64,000 bases of DNA from an uncultured Bacilli bacterium (lineage in GTDB: Bacteria > Bacillota_I > Bacilli_A > RF39 > UBA660), in assembly GCA_947630105.1 (NCBI GenBank), contig CANRGD010000003.1:234-64233 (forward strand), given 5' to 3'. A program made the translations under genes and the position numbers. Under the pieces are notes generated by a model. That model saw only the letters and a program-made list of their open reading frames with translations. It was not told the DNA's origin and made no database searches. Numbering within the stretch: position 1 is the stretch's first letter; every line of letters starts with the position of its first letter. Positions 10,496 to 20,537 of the stretch are shown piece after piece.

Positions 10496-12534
10496 TGAAA
10501 AAGAAATTAATAATTATTTTACCTATCCTAATAGCGATTATTACTTTTGTTTTTGTTTATCGCTATTATACAAATGAAGATAAAACAACAACTTTAACAG
10601 TATCAGAAAAAAGATGGATTGAAGAAAATAATGATCAAACTTATGATTTTGAAGTAGTAAATGATTATCCTTTATATGGTAAAAATGGTGAAGGAGTAAT
10701 CTTTAATTTTATAGAAGATTTTGAAAAAGATATTGATCTAGAATTTAATAAAATTCCTTATTTAAAACAATCAACTCCTACAACTGATAGCTATCGCATT
10801 AGAATTTTAGATAATGATGATAAATTAACTAATTTAGATTTACCTTTATTTAAAGATAATTATGTTGCCGTAGGTAAAAAATATCAAAGAATTAATCACA
10901 TAGTAGATATGAAAAACTTATCCTTTGGAGTATTTAAAAATGATTCTGAAGATATTTCCTACTATTTAAAAAGTGGAACTAATTTATCTTATAAAACATA
11001 TGATACAATTACTGATTTATATAAAGCATTAGATAATAATGAAGTTAATATGATTATTGTTCCCAATATTATGTATCTAGATTATACTATAGAAAAAAAT
11101 AAATATTCTATAAATTACATCTTCACAGAAATGAATAAACAAGTAGTTTTAACTTTAAGCTCTACTAATAAAGAATTAAATAAAATAGTAACCAAATATT
11201 ATAATAAATGGCGTCTTAACAACTATATCAAAGAATATAACGAAGCCTACTTAAATTATTACTTAAAAGAAAATAATTTAAGTGCCAAAACTAAATCTGC
11301 CCTTGTATCTAAAAACTATGTTTATGGATATGTTGAAAATTATCCTTATGAAGTTAAAGTAAATGGCAAAATTGCTGGTATAGCAGGTGAATATATTGAT
11401 AGAGTAGCCCGTCTTGCGAACATCAATTTTAAATTAAAAAAATACTCTTCTATAGAAAGTTTAAAAAAAGCCGTAGATAAAGAAGAAGTAGACATTTATT
11501 TTGATTATTATAATTATAGTAATGATAATTACAATGCTACTTTATCAACCTTTATTGAAGATTATGTAGTTTTAGGCAAAGAAAAAAATAACTATATTGT
11601 TACTTCCTTTGAAAGTTTAAGAAACAAAGAAATTTCCATGTTAAAAGGAAATTCATTATATAATTATTTTGTCAATAATTCTAAAACAAAGATTAATTCT
11701 TATACAAATATAGATGAATTACTATCTAAAAGTAAAGATGAATTATTAGTAGTTGATGCTGAAATATATATGTATTATCAAAATACTAAATTTAAAAAAT
11801 ATAAATTACTTTATAAAGATACAATGATGAATGATTATAAATTTATGATTAAAAATAATAATGAAGCATTTTACGATTTATTCAACTATATAATCAATAC
11901 TAATTCATACTATAATTATCGTAATAGTGGAATTGATAATTTACATGCTTCAATTTTACAAGATCAAACATTAGAACAAGTATATATAATTATATTAAGT
12001 CTTATCTTTATACCATTATTAATAATATTATTAATTTATTTTATCTTTAAAAAGAAAAAACAAGTAAAGAAAATAAAATTAAATGATCGTCAAAAATATA
12101 CTGATATGTTAACATCTTTAAAAAATAGAAATTATCTTAATGCTAAAGTTCCAGAATGGGAAGATTATGAAGTATTCCCTAAATCAATTGTAATAGTTGA
12201 TTTGAATAATGTTAAATATGTTAATGATAATTATGGACATGAAGAAGGAGATCAATTAATTATTAAAGCTGCTGGTGTATTAGTTAATACCCAACTAGAA
12301 AACAGTGAAGTTATTAGAACTGATGGTAATGAATTCTTAATATACTTAGTTGGATATAGCGAAAGACAAATTTCTACATACACTAAAAAATTAGCCAAAG
12401 AAATGAAAAATTTACCTCATGAATTTGGAGCAGCTATAGGTTATAGTATGATTACAGACAAAATAAAAACAATAGATGACGCAATCAATGAAGCAACAAT
12501 TGAAATGATAACTAATAAAGAAGAATATAAATAA
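10495..12534 (+). CDS. Membrane sensor with two periplasmic SBP-family-3-like domains and a C-terminal degenerate GGDEF domain
   Basis: N-terminal TM helix. Two solute-binding-protein-like segments (e.g. YVENYPYEVKVNGKIAGIAGEYIDRVARL). A second TM (IIILSLIFIPLLIILLIYFIF). GGDEF fold signature LTSLKNRNYL...VNDNYGHEEGD...RTDGNEF (12316-12336) in place of RxGG(D/E)EF. Confidence 0.75.
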   Translation: MKKKLIIILPILIAIITFVFVYRYYTNEDKTTTLTVSEKRWIEENNDQTYDFEVVNDYPLYGKNGEGVIFNFIEDFEKDIDLEFNKIPYLKQSTPTTDSYRIRILDNDDKLTNLDLPLFKDNYVAVGKKYQRINHIVDMKNLSFGVFKNDSEDISYYLKSGTNLSYKTYDTITDLYKALDNNEVNMIIVPNIMYLDYTIEKNKYSINYIFTEMNKQVVLTLSSTNKELNKIVTKYYNKWRLNNYIKEYNEAYLNYYLKENNLSAKTKSALVSKNYVYGYVENYPYEVKVNGKIAGIAGEYIDRVARLANINFKLKKYSSIESLKKAVDKEEVDIYFDYYNYSNDNYNATLSTFIEDYVVLGKEKNNYIVTSFESLRNKEISMLKGNSLYNYFVNNSKTKINSYTNIDELLSKSKDELLVVDAEIYMYYQNTKFKKYKLLYKDTMMNDYKFMIKNNNEAFYDLFNYIINTNSYYNYRNSGIDNLHASILQDQTLEQVYIIILSLIFIPLLIILLIYFIFKKKKQVKKIKLNDRQKYTDMLTSLKNRNYLNAKVPEWEDYEVFPKSIVIVDLNNVKYVNDNYGHEEGDQLIIKAAGVLVNTQLENSEVIRTDGNEFLIYLVGYSERQISTYTKKLAKEMKNLPHEFGAAIGYSMITDKIKTIDDAINEATIEMITNKEEYK

Positions 12535-12545
12535 GAGGTTAGTAA

Positions 12546-13355
12546 ATGAAAAAGGCAAGAACATTTTTTAAAAAAATAATATTACTAATAGCAAAACCAG
12601 AAATGCGTATTTTACCTGGTCAACTTGCCTTTTTTTTAGTTATGTCTTTAATACCTACCGTTGCTTTAATAGGAACGATAGCTTCTTCTTTATCTATTAT
12701 AGATAAAATATCAATATCAATTGGAGAATCCGTTCCCAAAGAAATATCCGATATTCTTATGCAATTTATTAACGGCCAAGGTATTAATTTCAATATTTCA
12801 GTTTTTTTCATTTCTGCCTTTATACTTGCTTCCAATGGTACCCATTCCATGATAATAACATCTAATGAAATATACAAAATAGAATCAAAAAATGCTATCA
12901 GAAGACGTATAAAAGCAATTATTATGATTATGATTTTAGTATTTTTGCTATTTTTATTATTATTTATTCCTGTATTTGGAGATACTTTATTTGAATTAAT
13001 AAAAATAGTAGTAAAAAATCAACAATCTCTATATTTTTTTCACGAATTATTCAAAGCCTTAAAATATCCCGTTTTAGTAACAATTTTATATATCTTTATA
13101 AAACTTATTTATGTTATAGCTCCAGATAAAGAAATTCCAAGTAATACAACTATAAAAGGAGCTTTATTTACTACTATTGGATGGATAGTCGCAACAGAAA
13201 TTTATGCTTTTTATGTTGGAAATTTTACTAAATATGATATTTTCTATGGTAGTATTTCTAGTTTAATTATACTATTAATATGGATTTATATTTTATCATA
13301 TATATTTGTCTTAGGTATGGTTATTAATGCTAGTTTATATGATGAATCCGTGTAA
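12546..13355 (+). CDS. YihY/BrkB (virulence factor BrkB / formerly RNase BN) family membrane protein
   Basis: Polytopic membrane protein of ~270 aa with the N-terminal ...LPGQLAFFLVMSLIPTV... motif typical of the YihY family. Confidence 0.7.
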   Translation: MKKARTFFKKIILLIAKPEMRILPGQLAFFLVMSLIPTVALIGTIASSLSIIDKISISIGESVPKEISDILMQFINGQGINFNISVFFISAFILASNGTHSMIITSNEIYKIESKNAIRRRIKAIIMIMILVFLLFLLLFIPVFGDTLFELIKIVVKNQQSLYFFHELFKALKYPVLVTILYIFIKLIYVIAPDKEIPSNTTIKGALFTTIGWIVATEIYAFYVGNFTKYDIFYGSISSLIILLIWIYILSYIFVLGMVINASLYDESV

Positions 13356-13367
13356 AATAATGTCATT

Positions 13368-13397
13368 AAAAGAGGAGTAAAGCCTCTTTTTATTTTT
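13368..13397 (+). terminator. Rho-independent terminator
   Basis: AAAAGAGG / CCTCTTTT stem with a 7-nt loop, followed by a T-run. Confidence 0.65.
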
Positions 13398-13460
13398 TAA
13401 ATTCCAATTAATTGAATTTTTATTATTAAAATGTTATAATATACTAGTGAGGTTGTAATT

Positions 13461-15509
13461 ATGAAAATAAAAAATAAATTTAACAACTTAAAAGAAAATA
13501 TAACTAAAAAAATTAAGCATATAAAACAAGAACATACAATTTCTAAATATATAAAAAATAATATATTATTTTTAACATTTGTCATAACAAGTGTAATTAA
13601 TGCTACTATATTAAGATTCTTTTGTATGAGAATGCTTGAAAATTACTTATCTATAAAACCAATTATTGCTGATTTAATAGTTGCTGTTTTAATTGGTTCC
13701 TTTGGTTATTTTTTTAAACCTAAAAATAGATTTACTTACTATATTATTGCAAATATATTTTTAACAGCTATTTGTATGATTAATTCAGTTTATTATACAT
13801 TTTATACTTCTTTTGCCTCAGTTTCTATGCTTTCTTTAACTCAATACATAGGTGATGTTGGAGACGCTGTAGTTGAAAATGTAATCCAGCTAAAAGATCT
13901 TGTTTATATTTTAAGTCCTATAATCTTAACAATAGTTCATTTAAAATTAAAAAAGAAAAACTATTACAAAAAAGTAGAAATTAAATCTATACGCAAAAAA
14001 AGAGGTTTTAGGACATTAGCTGCTTCAGGAGTTTTAACATTATTATTTATTGTAACCATGACTCCACTAGATGTTTCTAGATTTGCTAAACAATGGAATA
14101 AAGAATATATTGTTATGCGCTTTGGTATATATGTTTATCAAGCCAATGATGTAATAACTAGTATTAAACCTAAAATAAATTCTATGTTTGGATATGATAA
14201 AGCTAATAAAGAATTTAAAGATTATTTTGCCAATGTTGAAGAACCTAAAACTAATAAGTATACAAATATTTTTGCCGGCAAAAACGTTATTGTCATTCAT
14301 GCAGAAAGTATGCAAACCAATGTTATGGATTTAGAATTTAATGGTCAACAAGTAACTCCTAATTTAAATAAATTAGCTCAAGAAGGAATGTTCTTTTCCA
14401 ATTTTTATTCCCAAGTAAGTGTGGGTACAAGTAGTGATTCCGAATTAACTTATAATACTTCATTAATGCCAACAAAAAGTGGTACTGCCTTTGTATCATA
14501 TTCAGATCGTGAATTTAATTCTACTCCTAAATTATTAAAAGAAAAAGGATATTATACGTTTAGTATGCATGCCAATAATGCTGATTTTTGGAATAGAAGA
14601 GTAATGCATAAAAATTTAGGCTATGATAGATTTTATAGTAAACAAGACTATAAAGTTACTAAAGAAACAACTATAGGATTAGGCTTATCAGATAAAGAGT
14701 TTTTTGCCCAATCAATACCTAAAATTCAAAGTATTAATCAAAAATATTCAAATTGGTATGGGTTACTTATAATGTTAACTAATCACACTCCATTCTCAGA
14801 TACCGAAAAATATGGGGACTTTCCAGTAGATATAAAAGAAACAATTACTAAAGAAGATGGCACAACAGAACAAGTAACTTATCCATATATGGAAGGCACT
14901 AAATTAGGTAATTATTTTAAATCATACCATTATGCTGATGCTGCTTTAGGAGAGTTTATAGAAAATCTTGATGCTGCAGGTCTTTTAGAAAATACAGTTT
15001 TAGTAATATATGGAGACCATGATGCAAGATTACCAAAGAAAGAATATAATAGATTATATAATTATGATAAAAATACAGATGACACCCTTTCCAAAGATGA
15101 TCCAAATTATAAAGAATATGATTCTTATCAATATGAATTAGGACGAAAAGTACCTCTTATAATATGGACAAAAGATATGCAAGGAACAAAATTAAATCAA
15201 GAAATAACAAATGTTATGGGAATGTATGATGTAATGCCTACTTTAGGCAACATGTTTGGTTTTTATAATAAATATCAATTAGGACATGATATATTTTCAA
15301 TTAAAGAAGATAATATTGTTGTTTTCCCTAATGGTAATTGGGTAACTAATAAAGTATATTATAATAGCCAAAAAGAAGCCTATTTATCTCTTACAAATGA
15401 ACCAATTAGTGAAGAAGAAATAAGAAAAAATAATGAATATACAAATAAACTATTAGATGTTTCAAATAACATAATAGTATTTAATCTTTTAGATGATAAA
15501 AAAGAGTAG
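13461..15509 (+). CDS. LTA synthase family protein (LtaS-like polyglycerolphosphate/sulfatase-fold transferase)
   Basis: Five N-terminal TM helices plus an extracellular sulfatase-type domain (VIVIHAESMQ, SVGTSSDSELT with catalytic Thr context, YGDHD). Confidence 0.85.
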   Translation: MKIKNKFNNLKENITKKIKHIKQEHTISKYIKNNILFLTFVITSVINATILRFFCMRMLENYLSIKPIIADLIVAVLIGSFGYFFKPKNRFTYYIIANIFLTAICMINSVYYTFYTSFASVSMLSLTQYIGDVGDAVVENVIQLKDLVYILSPIILTIVHLKLKKKNYYKKVEIKSIRKKRGFRTLAASGVLTLLFIVTMTPLDVSRFAKQWNKEYIVMRFGIYVYQANDVITSIKPKINSMFGYDKANKEFKDYFANVEEPKTNKYTNIFAGKNVIVIHAESMQTNVMDLEFNGQQVTPNLNKLAQEGMFFSNFYSQVSVGTSSDSELTYNTSLMPTKSGTAFVSYSDREFNSTPKLLKEKGYYTFSMHANNADFWNRRVMHKNLGYDRFYSKQDYKVTKETTIGLGLSDKEFFAQSIPKIQSINQKYSNWYGLLIMLTNHTPFSDTEKYGDFPVDIKETITKEDGTTEQVTYPYMEGTKLGNYFKSYHYADAALGEFIENLDAAGLLENTVLVIYGDHDARLPKKEYNRLYNYDKNTDDTLSKDDPNYKEYDSYQYELGRKVPLIIWTKDMQGTKLNQEITNVMGMYDVMPTLGNMFGFYNKYQLGHDIFSIKEDNIVVFPNGNWVTNKVYYNSQKEAYLSLTNEPISEEEIRKNNEYTNKLLDVSNNIIVFNLLDDKKE

Positions 15510-15521
15510 AAAGGAAATTAT

Positions 15522-16145
15522 ATGAAATTAAAGAAAAAACCCAAAAAAATATTAAAGTGTATATTAGTTTTAATAATATTTATACTAATAGGTTTCTTAA
15601 TATATAAAATGGTATTAAAAAAAGACATAAAAGAAGTAAAAATAATAAATTCAATTAAAGATTATGGTTATAATTTAAAAGAAAATAAACCAAAAAAGTA
15701 TAAAGAGCTTTTTAATGAATTAAAAGAAATTTTATCAACTGATAAAGTTGATGAAGAAAAATATGTAAAAAAATTAACTGAAATGTTTATTTATGATTTC
15801 TATTCTTTAGATGATAAAGTTGCTAAGACAGATGTAGGAGGAGTAGAATTTATTCATAGTGATATTAAAGAAAATTTTCTAGCAAACGCTGAAAATACTT
15901 ATTATAAATATATTGAAAGTAATATCTATAATAATAGAAAACAAAAATTACCTATAGTTGCTGAAATTACAATAGATTCAACAGAACAAGAAACATTTGA
16001 ATATAATGATAAATCTGATGATGAAGCATATATAGTTAAAGCTTCTTGGACATATTCTGATTCAGATTTTGCTGATTACCAACAAGAAGCAACGTTAGTA
16101 TTTGTTCATGAAAATAAAAAATTAAGTTTAGTTGAATTACAATAA
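15522..16145 (+). CDS. Hypothetical membrane-anchored protein
   Basis: ORF with AAAGGAAA RBS and a single N-terminal TM. No recognised motif. Confidence 0.45.
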   Translation: MKLKKKPKKILKCILVLIIFILIGFLIYKMVLKKDIKEVKIINSIKDYGYNLKENKPKKYKELFNELKEILSTDKVDEEKYVKKLTEMFIYDFYSLDDKVAKTDVGGVEFIHSDIKENFLANAENTYYKYIESNIYNNRKQKLPIVAEITIDSTEQETFEYNDKSDDEAYIVKASWTYSDSDFADYQQEATLVFVHENKKLSLVELQ

Positions 16146-16152
16146 AGATAAT

Positions 16153-16189
16153 AAAATCCTAGATTAAATATTAATATCTAGGATTTTTT
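16153..16189. terminator. Bidirectional Rho-independent terminator between convergent genes
   Basis: Perfect 12-bp stem AAAATCCTAGAT / ATCTAGGATTTT with A-run/T-run flanks. Confidence 0.75.
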
Positions 16190-16263
16190 AGTGCTTTTAA
16201 AAATGACAATAAAAAAACTGTTACCTATACAGGTTACAGTCTTAACTATTTATTCAACATATA

Positions 16264-18249
16264 TTATTCATCAGGTGCTTTAGGAGTTTCTGTTACTTCA
16301 ACTTTAGGAGATTCAGGAACATCTTTTTCTTCACTTTCATCAGTATTTCCTAAACCTTCATCTTTATCTTCATCGTTATCTTTATCATTATCGGTTTTAT
16401 CTTTATCTGTATTCTTTTTATCAGTAGAATCATCTTTAGTAGTATTTTGTGATAATACAAGTTCTACGCTACCAGATAATTTATCAAGTCTTTTATTTGC
16501 CGGAACACTTTGTGAAACTACATAACCACCAGTACCTTTAAAAGTAACATTAATTCCTAATCTGCTAGCACTTGCTCTTGCTTGAGCTTCACTATCACCC
16601 ACAAAATTAGGAAGCAATTTATAAGAATTACTAGTTTTATATGGTCCTTCACCAATTACTTTTTTTTCATAAGGTTCATTAATTGAAAAACTAAATTCTT
16701 TAATTGTTTCATGATCTTCTAATTCCAAATTAACTTTCATTGCTTGAATTATATCTTTACGACTTTGATTATTAGGAATATAATCCCATAAAACTAATCT
16801 AATTCTTTCATCATAAATCATCTGTCCAACACCTTGTAAATATAGTTGTTGGATATTAACAAGTTCGGCTTCATCAGCAGATAAACTCTTTTTAAGAATA
16901 TCTTTACCAATATTATAGAAAGATAAAATTTGTTTAGTAGTCAAATTAGTATCTAAACTATTTGATATAGTATTTAATATATCCATAAATTTACTTACAT
17001 CAGTAATAGTTTTCATCTTATTAACTAAAGCCATAATAATTTCTTGTTGATGTTGAGCTCTTCCAAAATCACCATTTTCCAAATCATGTCTATTTCTTGC
17101 AAAAACTAAAGCTTGTTCACCATTTAATGTTTGCCAACCTGCATCAATACAAATCTCTCCATCACGCGAAGAATTATCAGTACATAATCTTTTAGGAACC
17201 TCAACTTCTACGCCCCCAACAGCATCAACTAATTTAACTAAACCTTTAAAATTAATCTTCGCATAGTAATCAATATCAGTATCAAAGTAATTTTCAATAG
17301 TATTCATCATACAATCTGTACCATATCCAGCTGCATGAGTAATTTTATTTTCTGCTTTATCAGACCAACAAGCAATAGGAACATAACTATCACGTGGAAT
17401 AGAAAGCATCGTAGCATTTAAAGTTTTAGGATTAAAAGTAATTAGTATTAAAGTATCTCCGTTAGCAACCGCATTCTTTGTTAAAACTTCATCAGTAGAA
17501 TCAATTCCCATTAATAAAATTGTAAAAGGTTCTGTAATATTTTTTCCCGAAGAAGCTGTTTCATTATCTGATGTATCAGCTTTTTTCATCTTTTTATCTT
17601 TACTAATAATAACTTTTGTATCAGTATCAATATTTTCATATCCTGTTATATTTGAAAACATTGAAACATAACTACTTGATACAAACATACAATCAATTTC
17701 TTCTGCATATAAATCCACAAGCATTGTTGAATAATCATCATACTCAACCATATCATTCTCATCTTTTAATTTATATTCCTTGATAATATCATTAGGAATT
17801 ATATAACCTTCAGGAGATTTTTTATCACTTAAAAGACCAATCTTTAAATCACTAACATCTTCAATATCATTAATTTCTGAATCTTTCATTGCTATTAAAC
17901 TTGAAGAATAAGTTACATAGACTTTATTTATACTATTTATTTGTCCATAAACATAAAAAATAGCTCCTCCAATTACTCCACAAATACAAGAATATAAAAT
18001 CATAAATAAAACTAAAAATACTCTCTTAGTTTTTTTCTTTTTCTTTGAACTTTTAACTTTAAATATTAAAATTAAATCAATAATAAGTAATACTCCAATA
18101 ATTATATACCTTATTAAATCTTCAATAGAATTAAGCAAAAATATTTCATATATAGCAAATAAACTTGTTGCTATTGCTATAATTAAAAAAAATAATTGTA
18201 CAACTTTTAAACCTTTCTTTTTTTCTTTTTCATCTTTATGTTTAGCCAT
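16264..18249 (-). CDS. LytR-CpsA-Psr (LCP) family glycopolymer-to-peptidoglycan ligase fused to a C-terminal PASTA domain and an Asp/Lys-rich tail
   Basis: N-terminal TM helices. LCP core (LLMGIDS...TLILITFNPKT...MLSIPRDSYV...NRHD...GDFGRAQHQQ). PASTA-like LLPNFVGDSEAQARASASRLGINVTFKGTGGYVVSQSVPANKRLDKLSGSVELVLS. Confidence 0.85.
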   Translation of the reverse strand: MAKHKDEKEKKKGLKVVQLFFLIIAIATSLFAIYEIFLLNSIEDLIRYIIIGVLLIIDLILIFKVKSSKKKKKTKRVFLVLFMILYSCICGVIGGAIFYVYGQINSINKVYVTYSSSLIAMKDSEINDIEDVSDLKIGLLSDKKSPEGYIIPNDIIKEYKLKDENDMVEYDDYSTMLVDLYAEEIDCMFVSSSYVSMFSNITGYENIDTDTKVIISKDKKMKKADTSDNETASSGKNITEPFTILLMGIDSTDEVLTKNAVANGDTLILITFNPKTLNATMLSIPRDSYVPIACWSDKAENKITHAAGYGTDCMMNTIENYFDTDIDYYAKINFKGLVKLVDAVGGVEVEVPKRLCTDNSSRDGEICIDAGWQTLNGEQALVFARNRHDLENGDFGRAQHQQEIIMALVNKMKTITDVSKFMDILNTISNSLDTNLTTKQILSFYNIGKDILKKSLSADEAELVNIQQLYLQGVGQMIYDERIRLVLWDYIPNNQSRKDIIQAMKVNLELEDHETIKEFSFSINEPYEKKVIGEGPYKTSNSYKLLPNFVGDSEAQARASASRLGINVTFKGTGGYVVSQSVPANKRLDKLSGSVELVLSQNTTKDDSTDKKNTDKDKTDNDKDNDEDKDEGLGNTDESEEKDVPESPKVEVTETPKAPDE

Positions 18250-18285
18250 AAAAACCTCCTTGCTCTCAAGTAGATATCATATTAA

Positions 18286-18576
18286 ATTATATCTAAATTA
18301 TAATAATTTTTCAAGAATATTGCTTTCCCTTTATAGATATAAATTTATTATTACAATTATTTGACAGTTTTTATATATTTTAATGTAAATAATTGTAAAA
18401 TAAAGCTTATAAAAGATAAAAATGTCGAAAAAACGCCTTCAAACTAGAAATTATTGTTATAATTAATATAAAGATATAATGAGGGAGGCTTTTATATGGA
18501 AAAAAGAAAATTTATTCTTAAATTTATTTTTGCTTTTTCACTAGTTTTAAATATAAACAATGTAAAAGCTTACTCC
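18286..18576 (+). repeat. Left copy of the 291-bp direct (target-site) duplication flanking the IS
   Basis: Reads identical to 20538-20828 (offset 2252 nt). Identity breaks at 18285/20537 and at 18577/20829. Confidence 0.9.
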
Positions 18577-18603
18577 CGGGAATTTATCAGTTTTGAATCA
18601 TAG
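18496..18603 (+). pseudogene. Orphan 5' stub of the glucosaminidase gene (27 codons of signal peptide fused to 8 IS-derived codons)
   Basis: MEKRKFILKFIFAFSLVLNINNVKAYS is identical to the start of the 20748 CDS. It then runs REFISFES and stops inside the IS left end. It keeps the duplicated RBS GAGGGAGG and the TGTTATAAT extended -10. Confidence 0.85.
18580..18597 (+). repeat. IS left terminal inverted repeat
   Basis: GAATTTATCAGTTTTGAA is the exact reverse complement of 20517-20534. Confidence 0.9.
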
Positions 18604-18712
18604 AAATTGTGAAAACCATTATAAAATGGTTATTTTTTTGTCAAATTTTTAAATTTTATATTGCATACGTTGTCGTACATTTAGTATAATTATTTTGTAA
18701 GGTAGTGATTTT

Positions 18713-20440
18713 ATGCATATCAAAAAAACTAAATCTAAAAATTATGAACATTATTCTATTATTTATGATGTTAATATTAATGGGAAAAGAACTTCTAAAG
18801 TTTATGAGAATATTGGCAATTATGATAAACTTAAACTTCGTGCTGGTAATGAAGATCCAATTTCTTGGTTAAATAATTATGTTGATAATTTAAACCAAAA
18901 AATTAAAGAAGAAAGTTTACCTTCTATTTTGAAAAAATATCCTAATAAAAAAATCGATAAAAATGTTAAACAATCGTTTAATGCTGGTTACTTATTCTTA
19001 CAAAAAATTTATTATGATTTAAGTATTAATAATATTTGTAATAATATTAAAGATAAATATCAATTTCATTATGATTTAAATAATATTTTATCTAATCTTA
19101 TATACTCTAGAATTATTTATCCTTCAAGTAAGTTAAAGACTTTGGAATCTTCTAAAAACTTCCTTGAACAACCTAACTTTACTTATAATGATATTTTAAG
19201 AAGTTTGGAAGTGTTATCTAAAGAAAGTGATTATATTCAATCTGAGCTTTATAAAAACAGTTTAAAATATTCTAAAAGAAATGATAAAATTTTATTCTAT
19301 GATTGTACTAATTATTATTTTGAAATTGAAGACGAAGATGATTTTAGAAAGTATGGCAAAAGTAAAGAAAATCGTCCTAACCCAATCATGGGAATGGGAT
19401 TATTTCTTGATGGCGATGGTATTCCTTTAACTTTTGATACTTTTGATGGAAGTAAGAATGAACAAGTTACTTTAAAACCTTTGGAAGAAAAAATAATAAA
19501 TGATTTTAATAATCCTAAATTCGTTGTTTGTACTGATGCCGGTTTATCTAGTATTGCTAATAGAAAATTTAATAATAAAAGCAATCGTAAATTTGTTACT
19601 ACTCAATCTTTAAAAAAACTAAAACAATTTTTAAAAGAATGGTCACTAGATTTATCTGAAGGTTGGCATTTACCTGGAATTGATAAAACTTTTAATATTT
19701 CTAAATTAAGAAATGATGATGAATTAATTAACAAATATTACGATAAAATATTTTACAAAGAAAGATGGATTAAAGAAGATGGGATTGAACAAAGACTTAT
19801 TATTACTTTCTCTCCTAAATATCAAGAATATCAAAAACATATTAGAGAAAAACAAATTCAAAGAGCAATTAACATTATAGAAAAGAATCCTAAAAAAATA
19901 AAAAGTAATAACGAAAATGATCCCAAAAGATTTATTGAAGTTATTTCTACAACTAAAGATGGTGAGATTGCTGAAGTAAACAATTATAATCTAAATCAAG
20001 AAAAAATAAATGACGAAGCTTTATATGATGGTTTATATGCCGTTTGTACTAATTTAGAAGATAATGTAGAAGAAATAATTAGAATTAACAAAAGAAGATG
20101 GGAAATTGAAGAATCTTTTAGAATTATGAAAACTGAATTTAAAGCTAGACCTGTTTATTTATCTAGAGAAGATAGAATTAAAGCACACTTTCTTACTTGT
20201 TTCTTATCTTTAGTTGTATTTAGATATTTAGAAAAGAAACTTGATGAAAAATACACTGTTTCAGAAATTATTGATACTTTAAAAAAATATGAATTGAAAA
20301 ATGAACAAATTGGCTATTCTCCAATTTACACTAGAACTGATATAACTGATTTATTACACGAAAAATTCGGCTTTTGCACTGATTATGAAATTATAGATAA
20401 TAAAAATATTAAAAAAATTTGTAAACAAACAAAAAATTAA
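18713..20440 (+). CDS. IS1634-family DDE transposase
   Basis: 575 aa. N-terminus HIKKTKSKNYEHYSIIYDVNINGKRTSKVYENIG resembles IS1634-group transposases. IS4-type R-x3-E-x6-K signature (RWEIEESFRIMK). Confidence 0.8.
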   Translation: MHIKKTKSKNYEHYSIIYDVNINGKRTSKVYENIGNYDKLKLRAGNEDPISWLNNYVDNLNQKIKEESLPSILKKYPNKKIDKNVKQSFNAGYLFLQKIYYDLSINNICNNIKDKYQFHYDLNNILSNLIYSRIIYPSSKLKTLESSKNFLEQPNFTYNDILRSLEVLSKESDYIQSELYKNSLKYSKRNDKILFYDCTNYYFEIEDEDDFRKYGKSKENRPNPIMGMGLFLDGDGIPLTFDTFDGSKNEQVTLKPLEEKIINDFNNPKFVVCTDAGLSSIANRKFNNKSNRKFVTTQSLKKLKQFLKEWSLDLSEGWHLPGIDKTFNISKLRNDDELINKYYDKIFYKERWIKEDGIEQRLIITFSPKYQEYQKHIREKQIQRAINIIEKNPKKIKSNNENDPKRFIEVISTTKDGEIAEVNNYNLNQEKINDEALYDGLYAVCTNLEDNVEEIIRINKRRWEIEESFRIMKTEFKARPVYLSREDRIKAHFLTCFLSLVVFRYLEKKLDEKYTVSEIIDTLKKYELKNEQIGYSPIYTRTDITDLLHEKFGFCTDYEIIDNKNIKKICKQTKN

Positions 20441-20516
20441 ATAACGTACGCACTTTTTCAAACACTTAAAAATCTCTCAATTCCTTATAAACAAAGGCTT
20501 TGGGAGATTTTTCTCT

Positions 20517-20534
20517 TTCAAAACTGATAAATTC
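20517..20534 (+). repeat. IS right terminal inverted repeat
   Basis: TTCAAAACTGATAAATTC is the exact reverse complement of 18580-18597. Confidence 0.9.
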
Positions 20535-20537
20535 AAG

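Larger units (their letters stand above)
18577..20537 (+). mobile_element. IS1634-family (IS4 superfamily) insertion sequence, ~1.96 kb
   Basis: Bounded by the 291-bp direct repeats. Perfect 18-bp terminal inverted repeats. Single DDE transposase ORF. Internal hairpin (18614-18639). Own TTGCAT - 18 bp - TATAAT promoter (18661-18690). Confidence 0.85.

Noticed and set aside
13397-13585. 62-aa minus-strand ORF spanning the LtaS promoter and start region.
   Set aside because: It overlaps the TTGAAT/TATAAT promoter and the first 40 codons of the LtaS-like gene, and has no RBS. It is an AT-rich artefact.
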